From: Eledone cirrhosa | Taxonomy: Eukaryota | Reading direction: 5' to 3' | Assembly (NCBI GenBank): GCA_964016885.1 | Contig: OZ024741.1 | Coordinates: 40,486,001-40,550,000 of the forward strand | DNA: 64,000 nt | Shown here: one piece after another, positions 1-10,400 of the stretch | How the letters are laid out: every line of letters begins with the position of its first letter | Position numbering within the stretch: position 1 is the first letter of the stretch | Program-made: the position numbers and the translations under genes | The notes under the pieces: generated by a model | Databases searched by the model: none | Seen by the model: the letters and a program-made list of their open reading frames with translations, nothing else | What the model was told of the DNA's origin: nothing

Positions 1-1386
1 GAAACGAGGTCACGGCGAAGGTGTTTGCACTCACCCAGAAGTGGTTTGAGTGCAAACTCTCCTTGAAAGGTCGAGCGGAGGTGTCGAACACTTACATAGC
101 GTCCGTCATCTACTACCGCTTGACAGTCGTGCCTTGCACCCGCGAATACCTTACCAAAATGGAACGCCTACTCTTCAAGTATCTCTGGAAGAAACAGGCT
201 CCATTGGTGAGGAGATCCATCTGCTGTCAACACCCTTCTAACGGAGGACTGGGCATGCCGTGGCTGATGATGGGCAAACATGCGCTGAGGCTACGCAATC
301 TCCAGGTATTCCTGACCGGTGAACCGGTGTGGCTGTCGTTTGTGAGACAAGCTCTTTCACAACTCGTCTCACTAACAGAGCTGCAGTTCTGGGTCAAGCG
401 AAGACCGAAAATGGGTGCCTGGCACCTCGAGTGCCTACAGGCGCTCACAGCCCTCTACCAAGCGGAAACGGCAATCAGCGGAGAATCCACTTCGACATTC
501 TATAGGGGATTAGTGGAGGATAAGTGCGACGACGTTCTCGGGGAAACTCTAGGAATCGAAGAAGACGAACTGACATGTCTGTTCGGGAGGACTTTCCGTT
601 CAGGGCCGATGGATAACTTCCAGAGGTCTCTGGCCTGGCAGTGCTACCGAGGAGCTCTACCAGTTCGAGACAAAATCTACAGGCACGGAAGGCCTGCCAG
701 AGATCCTGCCAAAAGGACCTGTCCAAGATGTGAGCAGCACATCGAAACCGTTCTGCACGCAATTGTTCAATGCCCAGGGGTGACCGACCTGTGGAATTAT
801 GTCGAACAGCTGCTGTCACGTGTGAGACGAATCCAGTTGTCAGCCGAGTCCATCGTGAGGATCACCCCGCCGTCTTCATTTAAGAACGAAGGAGAGGCGG
901 TGTACCTCTGTCTGGTGGCTATGGCGAAAGAGGTAATATGGTGGACGAGGTTAAAAGGACTGAGGGCAAACACCTTTCTCTCCGGACAACAACTTATCCC
1001 CTTCTTTAAGTACCACTTCAGAAGGAAGGTGAGAGTGGAGAGAGAGGTGCTACACCCCAGTAAATTCGCTGAAAGGTGGGTGAATGTGGCAACAATGGCC
1101 CGAGTGAATGGGCCTTCTCTGTATATAAACCTATAGGTTGAGGAAGATAAACAGAGGGAAGACAGGAACACCTACAAAATGTGTTCCTGGTGTTGAGGGT
1201 TGTTCTATCCACGGGGTGTAAAACAACCCTGCAGTAACGTTCACCTCTATTGGGGATTTCAATTGTTATTTTATTATATATAGTTTATTGTTATTTATTA
1301 ATGTTAAAGTTATATTTATGTAAAACCCCGCCGTCACGTCTTGTAATGTCCCATTTTTGTACGCCCCTGTGGCGAATAAAGAAAGA
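1..1386 (+). mobile_element. Tx1/L1-clade non-LTR retrotransposon, 3' part (ORF2 C-terminus plus 3' UTR); 5' part lies outside the window
   Basis: Open frame to 1136 with L1/Tx1 post-RT motifs (LSLKGR, YLWK, GGLGMP) and zinc knuckle CPRC..ETVLHAIVQC; AATAAA at 1375-1380, then GAAAGA and (TATC)n. Confidence 0.9.
3..1136 (+). CDS. LINE ORF2 C-terminal region (RT thumb plus zf-RVT-like domain), 5'-partial
   Basis: 371-aa ORF in the track; frame is open back to the window edge; no stops or frameshifts. Confidence 0.85.
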   Translation, partial: NEVTAKVFALTQKWFECKLSLKGRAEVSNTYIASVIYYRLTVVPCTREYLTKMERLLFKYLWKKQAPLVRRSICCQHPSNGGLGMPWLMMGKHALRLRNLQVFLTGEPVWLSFVRQALSQLVSLTELQFWVKRRPKMGAWHLECLQALTALYQAETAISGESTSTFYRGLVEDKCDDVLGETLGIEEDELTCLFGRTFRSGPMDNFQRSLAWQCYRGALPVRDKIYRHGRPARDPAKRTCPRCEQHIETVLHAIVQCPGVTDLWNYVEQLLSRVRRIQLSAESIVRITPPSSFKNEGEAVYLCLVAMAKEVIWWTRLKGLRANTFLSGQQLIPFFKYHFRRKVRVEREVLHPSKFAERWVNVATMARVNGPSLYINL

Positions 1387-1587
1387 TATCTATCTATCTA
1401 TCTAACTCTCTCCCCTTCTCAGTCTCTTTCTCTCCAATACTCTTCCTTTTATCTCATTAACTAGACATTTCCTTTCACTCATTCTCTCGCCACTTCAATA
1501 TATGCTCCTCTATCTCTTTCCATCTTTCACAGAACTCACATATACTCACACAAACGTACAATTCCTCACTTTCCCTTTCACTCTTCA

Positions 1588-1594
<7 letters not shown>

Positions 1595-1670
<76 letters not shown>

Positions 1671-1701
1671 CTCTCTCTCTTTCTCTCACGATCGCTCTCT
1701 C

Positions 1702-1738
<37 letters not shown>

Positions 1739-1757
1739 ATCTCTCAGGTTCTCTCTT

Positions 1758-1789
<32 letters not shown>

Positions 1790-1790
1790 A
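1595..1790. repeat. (CT)n/(TA)n compound microsatellite
   Basis: Direct reading. Confidence 0.95.
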
Positions 1791-2066
1791 GAAAGTGAGG
1801 GTTTTTTTTACAAAATGAAAAATAACCGAGGTGTCCTACACGAGTGAAAGTATAAAGAAAAAGTGATGAAATCGAAAATGCAACTGGAGTCTTATTTTAA
1901 AAAAATATATATATTTATTTGGTTCCTTTACTGGTTTCGCAGTTCTTCTGCTTTTCAAAAGGTGAGTTGAGATGGAGGGTCTGTGGTTTTTCTCACATCT
2001 GGTTGGTCTCTGAATGCTACTTGTTTTATATGGAAAAAGTGGCTCGAAATGTCAGGTTTTTCGAGA

Positions 2067-2722
2067 AGTGGTGGTGGCGGCGGTGATGGTGGTGGTGTTG
2101 GTGGTGGTGTTGGTGGTGGTGTTGGTGGTGGTGGTGGCGGTCGTGGTGGCGGTGGTGGCGGTGGTGGTGGTGGTAGTGGTGGTGGTGGTGATAGTGGTGG
2201 TGGTGATAGTGGTGGTGGTGATGGTGGTGGTAGTGGTGGTGGTGGTGGTGGTGGTGGTGGTGGCGGTGATGGTGGAGGTGGTGGTGGTGGTGGTAGTGGT
2301 GGTGGTGATGGTGGTGGTGGTGGTGGTGGTGGTGGTGGTGGTGGTGGTGGTGGTGGTGGTGGTGGTGCTAGTTTTGTTATTATTGTTGTTGTTGTTAATG
2401 TTATTTTTGTGGTTGATCAAGCCGTTTGTTTTTTAATGTGTTTTCACTCTACTGTGATGGAGATTGATTGTTGATGGTTGTTGATGTTGTTGACAGAGAT
2501 GATGATGATGGTGATGATGATGATGACAACAACGGTGATAATGATGTTGTTCAGGTGGAGAAGAACAAGGACGAAAATGTTACTGCTGTTGTCGTTGCTG
2601 GTGATTATCTTATTGATGTTGTTTACGTTGATGATGTTGTTGATGATGATGTTGTTTACGTTGATGATGCTGTTGATGATGATGTTGTTTACGTTGATGA
2701 TGCTGTTGATGATGATGTTGCT
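2067..2722. repeat. (GGT)n, (GTT)n and (GAT)n low-complexity tract with a 33-bp subrepeat
   Basis: Direct reading; all overlapping ORFs are homopolymeric. Confidence 0.95.
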
Positions 2723-3035
2723 ACTATTAATGGGAAATTTCTGAAAAATCATTTGTTGAGGCAGAACTAAAAATAATCACATGCACACACATATATATCG
2801 CATATGTAAGTATGGATGGACATATGTAAGTATGGATGGACATATGCGATATATATATAATCATATATCTGTAATCATTTCACTTGTAAACGCTCTGCTT
2901 ATATTCTCGCTTCTAATATTTAACCCTGTAGGCACAAGTATTGAGCACATATGCACAAGCTATTGGCAACTAACTATATGTATCGCTTATCTCTTCTTCT
3001 CTCTCTCGATACTTAAATATTCTATAAATATATAT

Positions 3036-4437
3036 AGGTCGATGAACAAACAGAAGCACAATTTAGTATAGCTAGATCTAAACTTAGAAATATTATAGAA
3101 CAGTATAGCAAGAAGCATAATAGAATGGAGGCCCAGCAACTGGGAGAAAAATCTGCAAATGGCTTGCGTAAGCTCATGCAGCGCTCACGTAACGGAGAAA
3201 TAGCATGCTTTCCAACAGACAAGTCTGGCAGAATGTCGGTTGACAGCCTGTCAAACTACATCCAGGCAATGCAACCCCACATCACTAACACAAGAGAAGT
3301 AACACCACAGGAGCATGAAGATAGGGAGAAATCCCTCAATGTCCATATGATGATGTGGAAATACATAATGCAGCCCAACAAAAGGACTGCCAACAACTTC
3401 CAGGCCTGGAACAATGACGTGCCAGCGTTGTATGGGCTTCGAAAAGACCATAAAACGAGCAGTGACCCTGTCACGGGACCACCAACATGGCAGTCTGTGG
3501 AGCTAACATTGCTAGTAACTACAGACTTTCATACTTCCTCTCCCTGATCATACGTCCCATCATTGAAATGTCCCCGGATATATATGTGACAGCACGGAGG
3601 ACCTCCTCAGCAGAATCAGCGAAAGTAATCGATCTAGGGACCTGACAGACTGTATAACAGGAAGTATGGATGTTGTGTCCCTGTATCCATCCATTGACGT
3701 GGATTTTGCTGTGGAGAAATGCGTAGAAATGATCAGTGAGAGCAAGGTTGAGTTCCGTGGGATTGATACCAGTGAGCTGGGACTCCTACTTAAACTTACC
3801 TATAGTAATGATTATCTAGATACATATGACCTTAGCAACCTCTGCCCTACAAGACCAGCAAGAGGCAGACCTACCATTACCTCAATGGCCAAGAAAACCC
3901 ACACAGATAGATGGAACGGGTGGACCAGAGCCATACGGACCCCCGAAAACCACGATGAACTAAAGAAAATGATTGCACATGCGGTGGGGGCCAGTATAAA
4001 ATTAACCCTTAAGGAACATATGTTCAAATTTAATGGAAAAACATATGCCCAAGAGGAGGGAGCAGCCATTGGTGTCAGCATTGCAGGTGACATAGCTAAC
4101 CTATTCATGGTATGGTGGGACAGTAGACTTAAACTTAAACTTAAAGAACAATTAGAAGACATCAACCTATTAACCCTGATAATGTACTCCCGCTACGTTG
4201 ATGATATAAACATCGTAGTAAAAACACCCCCACTGGAGAACAGTCAGGAATTAGAGAAAAACACCATGGAAAGCATCCAGCAAATAGCTAACTCCATCCA
4301 CCAGAGTATTAGAGTTACTATAGACTACCCAAGCAAACACCCCAACCATCGATTACCTGTACTAGACACAGAGCTCTGGTTAGAAACCATTAATAACAAA
4401 AAACAAATCCTCCATCCCCATTATGCCAAACCCATTA
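3036..4437 (+). pseudogene. Penelope-like element reverse transcriptase fragment, frameshifted and 3'-truncated; clade unassigned
   Basis: PLE RT motifs in order: PTDKSG, LYGLRKDHK, GPPT/AVCGA, MDVVSLYPSI, QEEGAAIG, RYVDDI, LPVLD; frameshifts near 3490 and 3585. Confidence 0.85.
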
Positions 4438-4899
4438 ATACAGTCTTTTGCACAGGAAGTGAGTAACTTTTCGGGTGTTTAAACGTAAGTTCACCAGGGT
4501 TTGTGTCTTCATTATTAGCCCACCTCTAATGGCATTTTTTGTTCTGCTTACGACTAAATGTTATGAGCGTATTTGCAATTAATTACGCACACGTGCACAC
4601 CTGCATGCAGATAGACACTGACAGCCAATAAAAAATCAATAACTTGCTTATTAAGATATCGGTCAAAAAGAGAGATTGAATGTACTTTAGAACATTTTTT
4701 GAATATATTGTTCTTTTTGGCATGATATGTCAGAAATATAGCTACTATACACTTTGGTTATTTTTTGTAACTAAAAAACGGTTCCTTTTGGGTGGATACT
4801 TAACGAGAAAAATCCTAGGGTTTTGGACAAGTTTGTTTCAGGCGCTGTATAGACGCCTATTTTGTCACACCTTGGTCATGAATTCGTATTCTTTTCCAA

Positions 4900-5158
4900 T
4901 AGATATTTTCCGCTCTATAAGGCTCACCAGGATATAAGGCGTATCATTTAAAATCAGGTCCGCGCAACGGCGTGTAAGGCCAACCAGGAAAATGCTATCT
5001 TCTTTACTTTTAGTCTAGATCTATTACTTCTGTTAGAGCCGTGAATGATTACCATTGTATTATTTATACATAAGGCTCACCGGAGTATAAAGCGCAGAGC
5101 TGTTTTTTTATTAAATTTAATTATTTTAAGTGCAATTTATAGACCGGAAAATTCGGTA
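4900..5158. mobile_element. Degenerate Tc1/mariner (pogo-like) MITE
   Basis: Imperfect TIRs TATTTTCCGCTCTATAAG / TTTATAGACCGGAAAATTCGGTA; internal repeat of TAAGGCTCACC. Confidence 0.55.
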
Positions 5159-5199
5159 AGTTATTGTAATCATATTTCAAAACCTTCCCATTCACCAGT

Positions 5200-6343
5200 A
5201 ACCATGCTAACGAATCTGGTGTCATCTCTCTCTGTATTTAATCACCTCTCTCTAACCTAACAGCTTCGTTACACGTCGTTATGCCCACACGGAAACGTTC
5301 AAGACTTACCTCCAAAAAAGGTACAGCTATTGCTTTGAGACAACGAATTAGGCGTTTTCAGGTATGAGTTCATTCACAATTGATTAATCCTTTATGCAAT
5401 ATTCTCCCTTAATGTTAGCAAGTACTGCGTTTATCCTAATTGTCACCACTTTTAAGCAACTACAACATTCTAATCGTAGTTATATTAAATTTATTGTCTT
5501 ACCTTGATTCCCTTTTGTTCATGTTAGACTTTTCTCATTTACTATTGACACTGCCATTGGCTTAGCTAACCAGTAGAATTAATTAATTTTCTCTAGGAAA
5601 CACCTGCTGAGCGCGAATCTCGACTCGCTGATAGACGTCTTTCCCGGCTGGTTGAGTCACCAACATCACGTACGACAAGGCTTGCTGATGTTCGCCTTCG
5701 TCGCCAACAAGCGCTGACGGAGGAATCACCAACATCCCGTCAGACGAGGCTTGAGGCTGTGGCAAAGGGCAATAACCCTAGATACAATTTTGATCAACTT
5801 TTTTTCACCTATAGTAAATTTACCGGGACAGGTTTTTAGCTACTCAAATCTACTTCAGAGATCACGCATTGATGTAAAAAATCAATAAAACTGAAGCGGG
5901 GCTCGACTTTGCGCAAAAAACAAGGCAAAGTTACACATGGGAAAACTGTTTACAGGAACGTCCTATATTCTTGAAAACTGTCACAAAAGACTCGCCATTA
6001 TGCCGCGGTTAAGATAAAGGCCCTTTTAATTCTTCTTCTTCACATGTGAGCGCAAAAATTGTAAAAAGAAAAGAACCCTGAAAGTAATCGACATTTTCAC
6101 CCTGCTTTAAATTAACTGAACATTCAATATCAAGCGATTTTGACTTCCGTCAGTCGTGCAGAGAACAATTTCAACGATACACTGTGTAACTACAATTAAT
6201 AAATTACACACCTGTGTCTACTAACCTATTTTTTTTCATTGAAGTTCGAAGTTTTGAACCTGTGATGCGCGGGAAGTAACTTTCACACATTCTAACAGAC
6301 CAAAGGTCGACTTACACCCGGGCAACGCCGGGTACTTCTGCTA

Positions 6344-6345
<2 letters not shown>
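5200..6345 (+). mobile_element. Non-autonomous Helitron, 3' portion (5' end not located)
   Basis: Subterminal hairpin ACCCGG-GCAACG-CCGGGT (6316-6333), then CTAG (6341-6344) and T; contains STPR-type coding remnant. Confidence 0.75.
5281..5839 (+). CDS. Spliced 107-aa STPR-repeat ORF (exons 5281-5361 and 5597-5839), probably a Helitron RepHel N-terminus remnant
   Basis: ATG at 5281, donor CAG|GTATGA, branch-like GCTAAC near 5565, acceptor TTTTCTCTAG; phase-0 join gives MPTRKRSRL...RRFQ|ETPAERESRLAD...ESPTSRTTRLAD...ESPTSRQTRL. Confidence 0.6.
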
Positions 6346-6414
<69 letters not shown>

Positions 6415-6509
6415 CAGATACAGCAAATTGTTTTTGTAGTCCTGCGGGTTTTTTTGTGTGCTCTTTGTTGTTGTTGGGCTGCACAATCAAAATATTCCCC
6501 CCCCCCCCT

Positions 6510-6890
6510 CTTAGGTTTTGCTATCCTGACGCTGATCTTTATTTTTACTCTTAGCATTCGATTATCTAAATTCAAATCTGGCCTTGAGTAACTTCTACAA
6601 TCTTTAATTGAGGTTATCCGTTTGCTTTTGATTAAGATATGGTCCACATTTTCCCTGCATCTACTTGGGTGTTGCCAGGTCCACTAATGTCTGTTTTTTT
6701 ATGGAACTTCTGATTCGAAAAAACATAAGTAAGATGTGGGCCATACTGCGTTATTATGGAGTACCAAATAAAATCATACAAGCCATATCGTTTATCCACG
6801 ATTATAGTGAAAGCTATGTCAAACTTGATCAATAACCGGAGTGCTCCAATGAGACACATTTCTCCATTAATTTTCATCATTGTATTGAAT
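6510..6890 (-). pseudogene. Decayed LINE apurinic endonuclease fragment (RTE-like)
   Basis: DHILIKSKRITSIKDCRSYSRPDLNLDN matches the C-terminal APE motifs DHIL...RS....D..SDH; frameshifted. Confidence 0.65.
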
Positions 6891-6934
6891 TATATCTTGT
6901 AAAACCCAGAGTACGGTCTGCAGACCCATATAGA

Positions 6935-7482
6935 TTACACACTCCTGGACTTGGATTTTGCAGATGGTATAACTCAGTTGCACACCTCTTTAGAAGAAGC
7001 TATATTACATCTTCATCGACTAGAAAAGAAAGCCCACCAAACTTTGACTTAAAATCATCTGTACTAAAACCAAAGTCCTGGGCCTAACCATCAATATAAG
7101 TGACATTCAAATGTCTAATGGACAGATTATTGAAGCCGTTGAAGACTTTGAATATTTTGGCTCCAGAATCAGTTCTTTGTCTGATGATTTCAAATACCGC
7201 CTTTGATTAATTCTGGCTACTTCAAAACATATGGACGTTATCCAGCATTATACTAAATCTAAAACTACAACTCTTTGACTCCCTATTCCTGTCTATATTG
7301 TTTTATGGAGCCGAGTCATGAACATGCTGAACTCCTTTGGTACTACCTGCAACAGGTACATTCTTGATGTTAAACGAACTGACCACGTCAAAAATGAAAA
7401 TATTTTACAAACAGTCACGGATTAAGAATTATTATACACAACATCTGAAACTTTAGAACATTGGCTAAGATCAAACAACATC
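6935..7482 (+). pseudogene. Decayed RTE-like LINE RT C-terminal fragment
   Basis: LDLDFADG (YADD-like), KTKVL, IEAVEDFEYFGS, LLYGAES*T, DHVKNENIL, EHWLR; many stops and frameshifts. Confidence 0.75.
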
Positions 7483-10400
7483 TCAGTATCACGGTGTGTT
7501 CTCTACCATCCAGAGAATAGTAACAACAGCTCAGTATCACGGTGTGCTCTCTACCATCCAGAGAATAGTAACAACAGCTCAGTATCGCGGTGTGCTCTCT
7601 ACCATCCAGAGAAAAGTAACAACAGCTCAGTATCACGGTGTGCTCTCTACCATCCAGAGAATAGTAACAACAGCTCAGTATCACGGTGTGCTCTCTACCA
7701 TCCAGAGAATAGTAACAACAGCCCAGTATCACGGAGTGCTCTCTACCATCCAGAGAATAGTAAGAACAGCTCAGTATCACGCTGTGCTCTCTACCATCCA
7801 GAGAATAGTAAGAACAGCTCAGTATCACGGTGTGCTCTCTACCATCCAGAGAATAGTAACAACAGCACGGTATAACGGTGTGCTCTCTACCATCTAGAGA
7901 ATAGTAACAACAGCCCAGTATCACGGAGTGCTCTCTACCATCCAGAGAATAGTAACAACAGCACGGTATCACGGTGTGCTCTATACCATCCAGAGAATAG
8001 TAACAACAGCCCAGTATCACGGTGTGCTCTCTACCATCCAGAGAATAGTAAGAACAGCTCAGTATCACGGTGTGCTCTCTACCATCCAGAGAATAGTAAC
8101 AACAGCTCAGTATCACGGTGTGCTCTCTACCATCCAGAGAATAGTAACAACAGCCCAGTATCACGGTGTGCTCTCTACCATCTAGAGAGTAGTAACAACA
8201 GCCCAGTATCACGGTGTGCTCTCTACCATCCAGAGAATAGTAACAACAGCACGGTATCACGGTGTGCTCTCTACCATCCAGAGAATAGTAACAACAGCCC
8301 AGTATCAAGGTGTGCTCTCTACCATCCAGAGAATAGTAACAACAGCCCAGTATCACGGTGTGCTCTCTACCATCCAGAGAATAGTAACAACAGCTCAGTA
8401 TCGCGGTGTGCTCTCTACCATCCAGAGAATAGTAACAACAGCCCAGTATCACGGTGTGTTCTCTACCATCCAGAGAATAGTAACAACAGCCCAGTATCAC
8501 GGTGTGCTCTCTACCATCCAGAGAATAGTAACAACAGCTCAGTATCGCGGTGTGCTCTCTACCATCCAGAGAATAGTAAGAACAGCTCAGTATCACGGTG
8601 TGCTCTCTACCATCCAGAGAATAGTAACAACAGCCCAGTATCACGGTGTGCTCTCTACCATCCAGAGAATAGTAACAACAGCTCAGTATCACGGTGTGCT
8701 CTCTAACATCCAGAGAATAGTAACAACAGCTCAGTATCACGGTGTGCTCTCTACCATCCAGAGAATAGTAAGAACAGCTCAGTATCACGGTGTGCTCTCT
8801 ACCATCCAGAGAATAGTAACAACAGCACGGTATCACGGTGTGCTCTCTACCATCCAGAGAATGGTAACAACAGCCCAGTATCACGGTGTGCTCTCTACCA
8901 TCCAGAGAATAGTAAGAACAGCACGGTATCACGGTGTGCTCTCTACCATCCAGAGAATAGTAACAACAGCTCAGTATCGCGGTGTGCTCTCTACCATCCA
9001 GAGAATAGTAAGAACAGCTCAGTATCGCGGTGTGCTCTCTAACATCCAGAGAATAGTAAGAACAGCTCAGTATGACGGTGTGCTCTCTACCATCCAGAGA
9101 ATAGTAACAACAGCTCAGTATCACGGTGTGCTCTCTAACATCCAGAGAATAGTAACAACAGCTCAGTATCACGGTGTGCTCTCTACCATCCAGAGAATAG
9201 TAACAACAGCTCAGTATCACGGTGTGCTCTCTACCATCCAGAGAATAGTAACAACAGCTCAGTATCGCGGTGTGCTCTCTACCATCCAGAGAATAGTAAC
9301 AACAGCACGGTATCACGGTGTGCTCTCTACCATCCAGAGAATAGTAACAACAGCCCAGTATCACGGTGTGCTCTCTACCATCTAGAGAATAGTAACAACA
9401 GCCCAGTATCACGGTGTGCTCTCTACCATCCAGAGAATAGTAACAACAGCACGGTATCACGGTGTGCTCTCTACCTTCCAGAGAATAGTAACAACAGCCC
9501 AGTATCACAGGGTGCTCTCTACCATCCAGAGAATAGTAAGAACAGCTCAGTATCACGGTGTGCTCTCTACCATCCAGAGAATAGTAACAACAGCTCAGTA
9601 TCACGGTGTGCTCTCTACCATCCAGAGAATAGTAACAACAGCCCAGTATCACGGTGTGCTCTCTAACATCTAGAGAGTACTAACAACAGCCCAGTATCAC
9701 GGTGTGCTCTCTACCATCCAGAGAATAGTAACAACAGCACGGTATCACGGTGTGCTCTCTACCATCCAGAGAATAGTAACAACAGCCCAGTATCACGGTG
9801 TGCTCTCTACCATCCAGAGAATAGTAACAACAGCCCAGTATCACGGTGTGCTCTCTACCATCCAGAGAATAGTAACAACAGCTCAGTATCGCGGTGTGCT
9901 CTCTACCATCCAGAGAATAGTAACAACAGCCCAGTATCACGGTGTGTTCTCTACCATCCAGAGAATAGTAACAACAGCCCAGTATCACGGTGTGCTCTCT
10001 ACCATCCAGAGAATAGTAACAACAGCTCAGTATCACGGTGTGCTCTCTACCATCCAGAGAATAGTAACAACAGCCCATTATCACGGTGTGCTCTCTACCA
10101 TCCAGAGAATAGTAACAACAGCTCAGTATCTCGGTGTGCTCTCTACCATCCAGAGAATAGTAACAGCAGCTCAGTATCACGGTGTGCTCTCTACCATCCA
10201 GAGAATAGTAAGAACAGCTCAGTATCACGGTGTGCTCTCTACCATCCAGAGAATAGTAACAACAGCACGGTATCACGGTGTGCTCTCTACCATCCAGAGA
10301 ATAGTAACAACAGCCCAGTATCACGGTGTGCTCTCTACCATCCAGAGAATAGTAAGAACAGCACGGTATCACGGTGTGCTCTCTACCATCCAGAGAATAG

